Made by a program: the position numbers and the translations under genes
Notes under the pieces: generated by a model
The model's input: the letters and a program-made list of their open reading frames with translations, nothing else
Told to the model about the DNA's origin: nothing
The model's database searches: none
Source of the DNA: Psychrobacter sp. DM4
GTDB lineage: Bacteria; Pseudomonadota; Gammaproteobacteria; Pseudomonadales; Moraxellaceae
Assembly: GCF_051307035.1 (NCBI RefSeq)
Contig: NZ_CP195536.1
Span: 2,160,001 to 2,192,000, forward strand
Reading direction: 5' to 3'
Length of the DNA: 32,000 bases
Part shown: in pieces, positions 7,206 to 15,714 of the stretch
How positions within the stretch are numbered: position 1 is the first letter of the stretch
Layout: each line of letters starts with the position of its first letter

Positions 7206-8822
7206 ATGAATGATTTGCTGCCCTCTGCTACGCGCAGGCAACTGCTCGCTATGATAGGCAAGACTGCGGGCGCGGCGGCTATGTATCAGGCGATGACGAC
7301 TTTAGGTTTCGCCTCAGAGTCCAGTTTTAAACAAGGGATGAATCTAAAAGGCGCGCCTGCTGGGGCGAGCATTGTTATCCTCGGCGCAGGTTTGGCAGGT
7401 CTTACAGCGGCGTATGAGCTACGCAAAGCGGGGTATAAAGTCACCGTTCTTGAATACCAAAACCGCGGTGGCGGGCGCAGTTGGACGCTCAATAGCGGTG
7501 ATAAATATACTGAGCTTGGCGGCGAGCAAGTCACTTGCAACTTTCAAAAAGGCAACTACTTTAACGGTGGGCCGTGGCGACTGCCTATCCATCACTACGC
7601 CGTTTTTCATTATTGCAAAAAGTTCAATGTCGCTTTGCAACCCTTTATCCAAACCAATGATCGCGCTTATTTACATCGTACCAATCACTTTAATGGTGCG
7701 CCGCAGCGTTTGGGCGATGTACAAAACGATATTCGCGGTTATGTCTCAGAGCTATTATCCAAAGCGGTGAACAAAGGCAGCTTAGATGATGCGGTCACTA
7801 CAGAGGACAAAGAAAAGCTACTCGTCGGGCTCAAAGGCTGGGGCGTACTCGACAATAATTATCGCTATGTCAAAAGCGCCGATACCAGCAAGCATCGCGG
7901 CTATAGCGTCTATCCTGGCGGCGGTTTGATGCCAGATGCGCAGCCATCGACGCCGATACCTAGAGACAAACTTCTCGATTCAGAGATGTGGGCTGATATT
8001 TATAATAATTACACGGTACACGTGCATCAGCCTGCGATGTTTCAGCCCGTAGGCGGTATGGGCAAAATCGGCGACGCCTTTACACGCGAGTGCCGCGATA
8101 TGATTACGTTCAATGCCAAAGTGACCAAGATTAATCAAGATGAGACAGGCGTGACTGTTGATTATGTGGATAGTACTAATTCTAGGAGCGACAATCCTGA
8201 AGGTATGGGCAAAAGCGTTCGCGCCGACTGGTGCATATGTACGATCCCACTGTCTATATTGACCCAAATTGACATCAATGTCTCAGAGCCAATGAAACAA
8301 GCGATGGCAGCGGTGCCTTATGACAGCTCCTATAAAGTCGGTTTGGAGTTTAAGCGGCGCTTTTGGGAGGAGGATGAATGGATATACGGCGGTATCACTT
8401 ACACCGACTTGCCGATAACCCAAATCTCCTACCCGTCGCAAGATCTGTTTAGTTCAGGATCTGGCGTGCTCCTTGGCGCTTACGGCTTTGGCGAGGCGTC
8501 TTATAAATTCAACTCCCTCACGCCAAAAGAGCGTATTAGCGCAGCGCTTGAATATGGTAAACGTATTCATCCGCAGTACAGCAAAGAGTTTCGCGCGGGC
8601 ACTTCAGTCGCATGGCACCGTATACCGTGGTCGCTTGGCTGCTATGGCATCTGGAGTGAATCAAGCCGCGAGCAATATTACGACACCTTATGCGCTATTG
8701 ATCACCGCATTGTATTGGCAGGCGAGCACTGCTCACACATTCCTGCTTGGCAAGAAGGCGCGATACTATCAGGGATGGATTCGGCAAACCGCTTACATCA
8801 AAAGGCAAAAAAACTCGGTTGA
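7206..8822 (+). CDS. Tat-exported flavin amine-oxidase-fold protein (MAO/L-amino-acid-oxidase family), substrate unknown
   Basis: The N terminus has a twin-arginine motif (SATRRQLLAMIGKTAGAAAMYQA). An FAD dinucleotide-binding fold is present (IVILGAGLAGLTAAYELRKAGYKVTVLEYQNRGGGRSWT), and the C terminus has a LAGEH block typical of the amine oxidase family. AAGGA lies 7 nt upstream of the ATG. Confidence 0.85.
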   Translation: MNDLLPSATRRQLLAMIGKTAGAAAMYQAMTTLGFASESSFKQGMNLKGAPAGASIVILGAGLAGLTAAYELRKAGYKVTVLEYQNRGGGRSWTLNSGDKYTELGGEQVTCNFQKGNYFNGGPWRLPIHHYAVFHYCKKFNVALQPFIQTNDRAYLHRTNHFNGAPQRLGDVQNDIRGYVSELLSKAVNKGSLDDAVTTEDKEKLLVGLKGWGVLDNNYRYVKSADTSKHRGYSVYPGGGLMPDAQPSTPIPRDKLLDSEMWADIYNNYTVHVHQPAMFQPVGGMGKIGDAFTRECRDMITFNAKVTKINQDETGVTVDYVDSTNSRSDNPEGMGKSVRADWCICTIPLSILTQIDINVSEPMKQAMAAVPYDSSYKVGLEFKRRFWEEDEWIYGGITYTDLPITQISYPSQDLFSSGSGVLLGAYGFGEASYKFNSLTPKERISAALEYGKRIHPQYSKEFRAGTSVAWHRIPWSLGCYGIWSESSREQYYDTLCAIDHRIVLAGEHCSHIPAWQEGAILSGMDSANRLHQKAKKLG

Positions 8823-8868
8823 TCATGAAGTTATTAATTTTCGCTAAATAGCGACGCATATAAAGGCG

Positions 8869-9546
8869 ATGTTAGACATGACAAAAGCAAAAACTACTCG
8901 GATAAACTTGCATAAACCCTATCGTTTGCCAATCCTATTGATAATGGGTGGCAGCGCTTTTTTATCAGCGTGTAGCCAATACCACAAACAAAGTGCCCCT
9001 ACTCTTGCCAGTTTACAAACGCCGATGGTTTCTAACAACAATTTTAGCAATCAAGACAGCCGCAACAACGGTGCGTGGGGCGCAGTTTATATGTCCAAAG
9101 ACGAGCTGACCCGCCCGCCTATGAATATCGTCGATGTCAGCTCAATTCCTAAGATGAGCAATGATGCTAGTTTACAAAAATGGCTCGCCAAATTTGAAGG
9201 CAGTGCACAAGGTAAAAAGGGATTTTTTACCACGAACGGCAAAAAGCTCTATGATGATTCTTGCGCCGGCTGTCATATGGTAGATGGCAAAGGTGCACAA
9301 GGCGCAGGCTACTATCCGCCGCTTGCCAATAACAGTAAGATGGAATCAAAATATTATATTATCAGTGTGGTCATCAACGGTTTGCGCGGCATGCCCGCCT
9401 TTCATAGCATGATGGATGATGAGCAAATAGCCGCAGTGACGCAGTATGTGCACAGCGAATTAAACCCTTATACCGATACAGTGAGCGCTGACAATGTCGC
9501 CCAGCTGCGCCATGAGTTTCCGCCAGGGTCTGATCCGAGTGAGTAG
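8869..9546 (+). CDS. Monoheme c-type cytochrome lipoprotein
   Basis: The lipobox is FLSAC. There is a single CAGCH heme motif, with a downstream GLRGMPAF methionine-ligand region. The gene starts 47 bp after the flavoprotein gene on the same strand. ATG 8878 is an alternative start. Confidence 0.8.
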   Translation: MLDMTKAKTTRINLHKPYRLPILLIMGGSAFLSACSQYHKQSAPTLASLQTPMVSNNNFSNQDSRNNGAWGAVYMSKDELTRPPMNIVDVSSIPKMSNDASLQKWLAKFEGSAQGKKGFFTTNGKKLYDDSCAGCHMVDGKGAQGAGYYPPLANNSKMESKYYIISVVINGLRGMPAFHSMMDDEQIAAVTQYVHSELNPYTDTVSADNVAQLRHEFPPGSDPSE

Positions 9547-9661
9547 CTATAACGATAATGATAGCAATAATAGATTTGCGACCACTCCTTTATCAGACGA
9601 GCAGTAGCTCTAAACCGATTTTGTAGAATGAGATGCAACATTAAATACAAAATAATGAGAG

Positions 9662-10300
9662 ATGATGATGACACCCTATAACCGTAACTTATCTATTAAG
9701 CCTAATCAGTGGCTTAGATCGCTTGTTTTATTAGCTGCTATATCGACGTTATTGGCTTGTAGCGAGCCTGATGTAAATGCTAGTGACACAACATCAGCTA
9801 CTAAGCCGCCTGTCGTCACACAACCAGCGCAAACAGAACAACCAAAAACTCAGATGACATCTGTCAGTGCTCACTCAGAGACTCAATCAAGCATTTTGCA
9901 AAACGTCTCGGCGACCGTATACAAGGATGCCAATTGTGGCTACTGTAAAGAGTGGATCAGTCATATCGAAGATAATGGTTTAAACGCCACTGCTCATGAT
10001 GTTGAAGAGATGTCTTTATTCAAAGATCGTTATAGCGTTCCTCAGCAAATGCGCTCTTGTCATACTGCGGTTACCACCGACGGCTATGTGTTTGAAGGTC
10101 ATGTTCCTGCTAAATATATGGCACAGTTTTTGGCCAAGCCGCCAAGTGATGCGATTGGACTTGCCGTACCCGGTATGCCAGTGGGTAGCCCCGGTATGGA
10201 ATATCAAGATAAGTTTACGCCGTACCAAGTAATGCAGCTGAATAAAGACGGTACATTAGAGGTCTATGCTGATATTAAATCATCACATGAGCAACTGTGA
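9662..10300 (+). CDS. DUF411 (CopG-like) metal-binding lipoprotein
   Basis: The lipobox is LLAC, followed by a Thr/Pro/Gln-rich linker. The DUF411 signature blocks are VYKDANCGYCKEW, SCHTAV, GYVFEGHVPA and LAVPGMPVGSPGME. Confidence 0.8.
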   Translation: MMMTPYNRNLSIKPNQWLRSLVLLAAISTLLACSEPDVNASDTTSATKPPVVTQPAQTEQPKTQMTSVSAHSETQSSILQNVSATVYKDANCGYCKEWISHIEDNGLNATAHDVEEMSLFKDRYSVPQQMRSCHTAVTTDGYVFEGHVPAKYMAQFLAKPPSDAIGLAVPGMPVGSPGMEYQDKFTPYQVMQLNKDGTLEVYADIKSSHEQL

Positions 10301-10457
10301 CTCTGATTCAGGTGTTTGACCCGTTGGCATGCTGATATCAGTGACGCACGCATGTGCACTAATCAGCTGATAATATTAAAGGTACAAAAGCATGATATTG
10401 ACAAGATAAACCAATTGGCTGAAGCGCTCAAATGATCAGTCTGTCTAAAAGAATGAC

Positions 10458-10901
10458 TCAACGCTTAAAGCGTCTGATACCACTTGCCACTACGCCAAAC
10501 AGCTCAAGCGAGCCCTTAACTTCAATGTCAGTATAATCATCATTGAGCGAGCGCAAAATGATCGTCTCCCCTAATATCAATTGCTTGGCAGCAAAACCGT
10601 CATCGACTAATGCAATTACGATGTCTTTATTACTCGCCGTCAACGACCTGTCCACCACCAAAATATCGTTGGGATAGATACCAATATCTATCATGCTATC
10701 GCCTTCTACTTCGACGAGATACGTCGTTGCTGGATGGCGAATGAGCAAGGTATTAAGATCAATACGATTTTGCACGTAGTCGGTTGCAGGACTTGGAAAC
10801 CCTGCTTTGACTCTATCGCTGTATAAGGACAAAAGGACAGGTTTGCCCTCATCCGTCAGTTTGCCTATTATTTTTACCGTCATAGTTGCGCCTGTTCTCA
10901 C
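10458..10901 (-). CDS. umuD: UmuD-like S24 peptidase subunit of DNA polymerase V
   Basis: VKAGFPSPATDY aligns with E. coli UmuD VQCGFPSPAADY, giving an Ala-Gly cleavage site. GDSM carries the catalytic Ser, and the catalytic Lys region is FAAKQL. GTG 10901 and ATG 10883 (MTVKII...) are both possible starts. Confidence 0.9.
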   Translation of the reverse strand: MRTGATMTVKIIGKLTDEGKPVLLSLYSDRVKAGFPSPATDYVQNRIDLNTLLIRHPATTYLVEVEGDSMIDIGIYPNDILVVDRSLTASNKDIVIALVDDGFAAKQLILGETIILRSLNDDYTDIEVKGSLELFGVVASGIRRFKR

Positions 10902-10925
10902 TTCGAAAGAATTAACCTTAATAGG

Positions 10926-12227
10926 CTAGTGTACCTTTGGTAGCTGATTGATATTAGTAGTGTAGCAAGGCGATAGCATCTCGCGACTCATCTGCCACGT
11001 TTGTTTGTCCTTGATGCCTTCGCTCGCGATAAAGACCGCTCCTTGATTATGACGGTTCTGTCCGTACTTTTTATTGAGCTCGTCCATGAGTGCGCTGATC
11101 TCCTCACTTTGAGTTGAAGTCTGCTTATCTTTTGAATCATCATTAGCGAATAAATCTAGCTGCACCTCATCATGCTGGCATAAGTCCAGTAGCATGACGC
11201 CAGCCTTAGCATAGCGAACGTTTTCTTTATAAATGATTTTGAGCACTTGCCGCGCGGCCAATATCATTACCCGAGTATCCGCCGTCGGTGTCACAAATTG
11301 GTATTGACCCGATATCGCCGTATAAGTTTCTGACTGATTAAAGGGACTATTCATAGAAAATATACTGAGATAATGACAAACGCTATTTTGTTGACGTAGT
11401 TTGTTCGCAGCGTTTGCCACATGACTACAGATCGACTCGCTGAGCTCATTAGGGCAAGTAACACGGCGCGAAAAAGAGCGTGAAGAGATAATTTGCTTTT
11501 TGGGCTCTACGCTCTCAATGCCGATACAAGACTGCCCGTTCAGCTCCAAGCAGGTGCGCTCTAATACTACGCCGAAGTGCTGACGAATCTTGCCAGGCTC
11601 ACAAACCGCCAATTGATGAACGGTATGAATACCCAGAGCATTTAACCTCAACTTGTAGCGCCGACCGACACCCCATAGCTCGCCCACATCCGTAATTTGC
11701 ATCAAACGGCGTATCCACCTCAGACTCTCAAGCACGCAGATGCCATGAGTCGCAGGGTATTTTTTTGCCGCCTGATTGGCAAGTTTTGCCATAGTTTTGG
11801 TGCTACCGATACCGACGCTGACCGCGATACCGGTATGGCTCTCTATAATCATTTTGAGCTTGCCAGCGTAAGCCTTTAGGTCTTGCATGGCGACGGGATA
11901 ATCCGCCAAATACAAGAACGCTTCATCGATAGAATACACCTCAACCGTCGGACACAACGTCTCTATCGTCGTCATGACCCGCTGCGACATATCAGCATAA
12001 AGCGTATAGTTGGAGCTAAAAACCGTAATGTTGTTTGCGGTACAAAAGTCTTTTACCTGAAAATAGGGTACTGCCATTTTGATACCCAGACGCTTTGCTT
12101 CAGAGGAGCGCGCCACCACGCAGCCATCATTATTCGATAAGACAACGACGGGCTTATCCTTTAAATCAGGACGAAATAGCTTCTCACAGTTGGCATAAAA
12201 GCTGTTGCAATCGACGAGCGCATACAT
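10926..12227 (-). CDS. umuC: UmuC, Y-family DNA polymerase V catalytic subunit
   Basis: The N terminus MYALVDCNSFYANCEKLFRPDLKDKPVVVLSNNDGCVVARS and the YSIDEAF and GIGSTKTMAKLAN blocks are canonical for UmuC/MucB-type Y-family polymerases. Confidence 0.92.
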   Translation of the reverse strand: MYALVDCNSFYANCEKLFRPDLKDKPVVVLSNNDGCVVARSSEAKRLGIKMAVPYFQVKDFCTANNITVFSSNYTLYADMSQRVMTTIETLCPTVEVYSIDEAFLYLADYPVAMQDLKAYAGKLKMIIESHTGIAVSVGIGSTKTMAKLANQAAKKYPATHGICVLESLRWIRRLMQITDVGELWGVGRRYKLRLNALGIHTVHQLAVCEPGKIRQHFGVVLERTCLELNGQSCIGIESVEPKKQIISSRSFSRRVTCPNELSESICSHVANAANKLRQQNSVCHYLSIFSMNSPFNQSETYTAISGQYQFVTPTADTRVMILAARQVLKIIYKENVRYAKAGVMLLDLCQHDEVQLDLFANDDSKDKQTSTQSEEISALMDELNKKYGQNRHNQGAVFIASEGIKDKQTWQMSREMLSPCYTTNINQLPKVH

Positions 12228-12485
12228 GAGCGGACTCTTTTTGTGGTAGAAATTTCTGGAAAAAAATATAGGAGGAGTGGCTTTAATTGTAGGGAGATTG
12301 CTTCAAATTTTTCAAGTCAAAGAGTCAGTTACACGTCAACGGTTGTCGTTATATTTTCAGTGATGGGGTCTTAAAACGTGAGATAAATGATAGTGTTATA
12401 CCCAAAAATTCACGTATACTGGTAACGCGCTGTGCGTCAAAGATGCATATGGATAGGCGCTAACCACCATAATAAGGATATTTAA

Positions 12486-14114
12486 ATGTTAGGAAAAATG
12501 ATGTACCAGCCGCTGCTAATTAGCAGCCTGATCGAGCACGCCGCGCAATATCATAGCGATACCGCAGTCTACTCAAAAGAAGTCGATGGCACCATGACCA
12601 AGAGCAATTGGCTGAGCGTCTCAGACAACTCAAAACGTTTGGCAAATGCCCTACAGTCCTTAGGACTCAAGTCTTCAGATTGCATCGCTACCCTCGCATG
12701 GAATAATCGTCGCCACTTAGAAGCATGGTATGCCATCTCTGGTAGCGAGATGATTTGCCATACGATCAATCCGCGACTATTCCCCGAGCAGCTCACCTAC
12801 ATTATCAATGACGCCAAAGACCAAGTATTGTTTTTTGATATTACATTCCTACCCCTTATCGCGGCTATCAAAGAGCATATCAAAGGTATCAAGCACTTTA
12901 TCTTGTTGGGCGATCGCGATGAGAAAGTCTTAGAGGAGCTACCTAACGCGCTATTTTTTGACGAGTTATTAGCCGAGAACGATACCAATTTTGACTGGCC
13001 ACAGTTCGATGAAAAACAAGCCAGCTCTTTATGTTATACCTCAGGGACGACTGGGAATCCAAAAGGTATCTTGTACTCGCATCGCTCATCCGTACTACAT
13101 GCTATCGCCCTATGTATGCCTGATGTGTCCGCGTTGTCAGCGCAAGATGTCCTATTACCCGTCGTACCGATGTTCCATGTCAATGCGTGGGGTACGCCTT
13201 ATGCGGCAGCACTGACTGGCTGCTCGTTAATACTGCCAGGGCCCAATTTGGATGGCGATAGCCTAGTCTCTGTGATCGACGACTATAAAGTAACGGTGGC
13301 GCTGGGCGTACCGACCATTTGGCAAAGCCTGCTGACCGCTGCTAAGAATAAAGGCAGCACACTTGAGAGCATGACCCGTACTATCGTTGGCGGCGCGGCT
13401 TGTCCACCCTCGATCATCACATCCTTTCGAGAGGACTTCAATTGTGACGCCATCCATGGTTGGGGTATGACTGAAACCAGCCCACTTGGTACGATGAATC
13501 AGATCAAAGCCAAGCACAAATCATTAAGTCGCGATGAGATCAACGAGCTACGCAAATCACAAGGTCGCCCGCCTTATGGGGTTCAGATACGTCTTATGGG
13601 TACTGAGAAAAAGGATCAGCATGTTGCCGAAGACGGCGAATCACAAGGGCGCTTGCAAATTCGCGGGCACTGGGTCATTGATGATTACTTTACCCACAAG
13701 CCTGATACAATCACCGAAGACGGTTGGTTCGATACTGGTGATATCGCGACCATCGATGAAGACGGCTATATGAACATCCGCGATCGCTCAAAAGATCTCA
13801 TCAAGTCAGGTGGCGAATGGATATCCTCAGTTGAGCTTGAGAATATTGCCGCGGGTCATGCAGAAGTAAAAATGGCCGCCGCGATTGCCGCCAATCACAA
13901 ACAGTGGGGTGAGCGCCCTGTATTGATCGTGGTTAAAGAAGAGGACTCAAACGTAGATGAGGCGCAGATTTTGGACTTTTATAAAGACAAAGTTGCCAGC
14001 TGGCAGATTCCAGACAAAGTTATCTTCGTCGATAACATCGTATTGAACGGCGCAGGTAAAATGATGAAAAACAACTTGCGTGATGAGCATGGTGATGTCT
14101 TGCTTGAACAATAA
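12486..14114 (+). CDS. AMP-dependent acyl-CoA synthetase (fatty-acid--CoA ligase family)
   Basis: The AMP-binding motif is YTSGTTGNPKG. Other family blocks are GWGMTET, TGDIATIDEDGY and IRDRSKDLIKSGGEWIS. AAGGA lies 7 nt upstream of ATG 12486. Confidence 0.88.
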   Translation: MLGKMMYQPLLISSLIEHAAQYHSDTAVYSKEVDGTMTKSNWLSVSDNSKRLANALQSLGLKSSDCIATLAWNNRRHLEAWYAISGSEMICHTINPRLFPEQLTYIINDAKDQVLFFDITFLPLIAAIKEHIKGIKHFILLGDRDEKVLEELPNALFFDELLAENDTNFDWPQFDEKQASSLCYTSGTTGNPKGILYSHRSSVLHAIALCMPDVSALSAQDVLLPVVPMFHVNAWGTPYAAALTGCSLILPGPNLDGDSLVSVIDDYKVTVALGVPTIWQSLLTAAKNKGSTLESMTRTIVGGAACPPSIITSFREDFNCDAIHGWGMTETSPLGTMNQIKAKHKSLSRDEINELRKSQGRPPYGVQIRLMGTEKKDQHVAEDGESQGRLQIRGHWVIDDYFTHKPDTITEDGWFDTGDIATIDEDGYMNIRDRSKDLIKSGGEWISSVELENIAAGHAEVKMAAAIAANHKQWGERPVLIVVKEEDSNVDEAQILDFYKDKVASWQIPDKVIFVDNIVLNGAGKMMKNNLRDEHGDVLLEQ

Positions 14115-14168
14115 GCATTATCGAATCACTCTGACATTGCCCTAATATTTATCTTATTTTTACCCCGT

Positions 14169-14195
14169 AAAAGCCTGCAATATTGCAGGCTTTTT
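14169..14195. terminator. Bidirectional intrinsic terminator between convergent genes
   Basis: A perfect 18-nt palindrome GCCTGCAATATTGCAGGC (14173-14190) is flanked by AAAA (14169-14172) and TTTTT (14191-14195). It lies between the stop at 14114 (+) and the stop at 14216 (-). Confidence 0.85.
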
Positions 14196-14215
14196 ATTCT
14201 TTGAATGATTGAAAA

Positions 14216-14704
14216 TCATAGCTCACGCCACTGTAACCACAGACGCGTATCTAACTCAAACTGGTGGTAATTTGGCTCCATATGACAGCACAATTGATAA
14301 AAAGATTTGCTGTGCTCTTTTTCTTTAAAATGCGCCAACTCATGTACCACAATCATCTGTAAAAACTCAGGTGGCGCGTCTTTGAACAAACTGGCGACGG
14401 TAATACCGTTATGTGATTTGAGCTTGCTGCCCTGCACTCGCGACTGGTACGTATGAATGCCTAGCGCGTTTTTTAGAGTACTCAGCTTACTATCGTAACG
14501 CACTTGCGATAAAGTACCACTTTTACGCATGTACTCCGTTTTTATATCGTTCACGTACTGGTAGAGCGCTTTGTCACTTTGAACCTGATGCGTGTCTGGA
14601 TAACGCAGCTCAATATATGCGCCTAGTCGACCACTGCTGATAAGCTCGCTTGCTTGATTTTGAATAGGCTCAGGATAATGAGCGATGTACTTCAAAGAGG
14701 TCAT
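14216..14704 (-). CDS. YgjP-like / DUF45 (M48-like) metal-dependent hydrolase
   Basis: The HExxH motif appears in MIVVHELAHFKEKEHSKSFY, which is typical of the DUF45/YgjP family. Size and context are consistent with this call. Confidence 0.75.
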   Translation of the reverse strand: MTSLKYIAHYPEPIQNQASELISSGRLGAYIELRYPDTHQVQSDKALYQYVNDIKTEYMRKSGTLSQVRYDSKLSTLKNALGIHTYQSRVQGSKLKSHNGITVASLFKDAPPEFLQMIVVHELAHFKEKEHSKSFYQLCCHMEPNYHQFELDTRLWLQWREL

Positions 14705-14727
14705 TGTTTTTATCCTTACTATAAACT

Positions 14728-14760
14728 AAAAGGGTGCCAATCCATGATTAGCACCCTTTT
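14728..14760 (-). terminator. Intrinsic terminator after the tpgA-like gene
   Basis: The stem AAAAGGGTGC (14728-14737) pairs with GCACCCTTTT (14751-14760). On the minus strand the stem is followed by a TTTT run. It lies 22 bp after the stop at 14782. Confidence 0.75.
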
Positions 14761-14781
14761 AATTTACTTAATTTTTATGAG

Positions 14782-15633
14782 TTATTGATTGACGGTGATA
14801 TCTAGCGTAACACGGCGGTTGGGCTGCAAGCAATCAATCTCTTGCTGGCGTGGCAGGTTGGTTGAGCACTGTACAATAGGCTGCAACTCCCCTGCTCCCG
14901 TTGCTATTATAGTGTTAGGATTGACGCCTTGATTGACAAGGTAGTTGGCAACGGCGCGCGCACGCTGGGTAGACAAGTTCATATTGTAAGCGTCATCACC
15001 CTTACGATCAGTGTGTCCGGTAATCATAATTTGGCTATCGCCTCTTTGTTGATATTGCCTTAAGGTTTGGGCTAGCCCATCAAGCTCCTCTCTACCTTGT
15101 GGTAAGACATCTTGCACCGTTGACTTGTCAAATGCGAATAGAGCATCAGCGTTTAAGTTGATACGCTCTGGTGCTGGTTGCATAGTAGGCACTGACGCTA
15201 CCATCACTGGGTTCGTTTGCATAACAGCCATTGATTGAGGCGGGCAATCAGCGGGACTCCAATAGAACTCTTGACCCTTGTACTCCTTATCAAAGATGAC
15301 TTTGTACTGGCAAACTTTGACTTGCTGGTTGTTGTCGTAGAATTTGAGAATATAGTCCCATTCACGAGCCTTATAACTCTCGCTAAAGTGTGGCGGACCA
15401 ATAAGCTGATAGAGATCATCTTTGCTTATTCCTGGTCTTATCTTGGCAAGATCGTCGACATCAGCGATGGTGCCCTCTTCTCTCCAAGCAGTATTCTGTT
15501 CTGGAAAGACTAAATCACTGGCGCTCACGCGGCCATCGTCTGTCAAGTTGGTACTTATGTTTCGAGTACACCCTGTGACCGAGAGCAGTAATACGGTGGC
15601 GAGCGCGCCGTAGCAATATACAGATTGTTTCAT
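14782..15633 (-). CDS. tpgA: TpgA-like lipoprotein (BamE/SmpA_OmlA-like N-domain + OmpA_C peptidoglycan-binding domain)
   Basis: The lipobox is LLSVTGC. The N-domain ISKDDLYQLIGPPHF...WDYILKF is BamE-like, and the C-domain TGHTDRKGDDAYNMNLSTQRARAVANYL is OmpA_C-like. The gene lies immediately downstream of the TAA gene on the same strand, matching the AtaA-TpgA arrangement reported for Acinetobacter sp. Tol 5. Confidence 0.8.
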   Translation of the reverse strand: MKQSVYCYGALATVLLLSVTGCTRNISTNLTDDGRVSASDLVFPEQNTAWREEGTIADVDDLAKIRPGISKDDLYQLIGPPHFSESYKAREWDYILKFYDNNQQVKVCQYKVIFDKEYKGQEFYWSPADCPPQSMAVMQTNPVMVASVPTMQPAPERINLNADALFAFDKSTVQDVLPQGREELDGLAQTLRQYQQRGDSQIMITGHTDRKGDDAYNMNLSTQRARAVANYLVNQGVNPNTIIATGAGELQPIVQCSTNLPRQQEIDCLQPNRRVTLDITVNQ

Positions 15634-15666
15634 TTATCTCTTCCTTGATATATTTTATGAATGGTT

Positions 15667-15696
15667 TGATGGCGTCTATTTTTATAGACGCCATCA
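15667..15696 (-). other. Intercistronic 13-bp stem-loop between the TAA gene and the tpgA-like gene
   Basis: A perfect inverted repeat TGATGGCGTCTAT / ATAGACGCCATCA surrounds a 4-nt loop. No U-tract follows it on the minus strand, so it is more likely an mRNA-stability or attenuation element than a full terminator. Confidence 0.6.
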
Positions 15697-15714
15697 TTGA
15701 ACGATGAGGTTATA

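Noticed and set aside
5891-8847. Overlapping and antisense ORFs within the cytochrome and flavoprotein genes (5891-6124, 6159-6558, 7286-7770, 7980-8267, 8473-8847).
   Set aside because: All are nested in or antisense to CDSs with clear family motifs. None shows recognisable motifs or its own translation signals.
10331-10367. Imperfect long hairpin between the convergent DUF411 and umuD genes, considered as a possible terminator.
   Set aside because: The stem needs bulges and a G-T pair, and neither strand has a following T-run. I cannot support it as an intrinsic terminator.
12228-12485. Search for a LexA-type SOS box (CTGT-N8-ACAG) upstream of umuC.
   Set aside because: I found no match on either strand by eye. 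Only a TTCAA direct repeat at 12301-12317 was seen, and that is reported as a low-confidence note rather than a feature.
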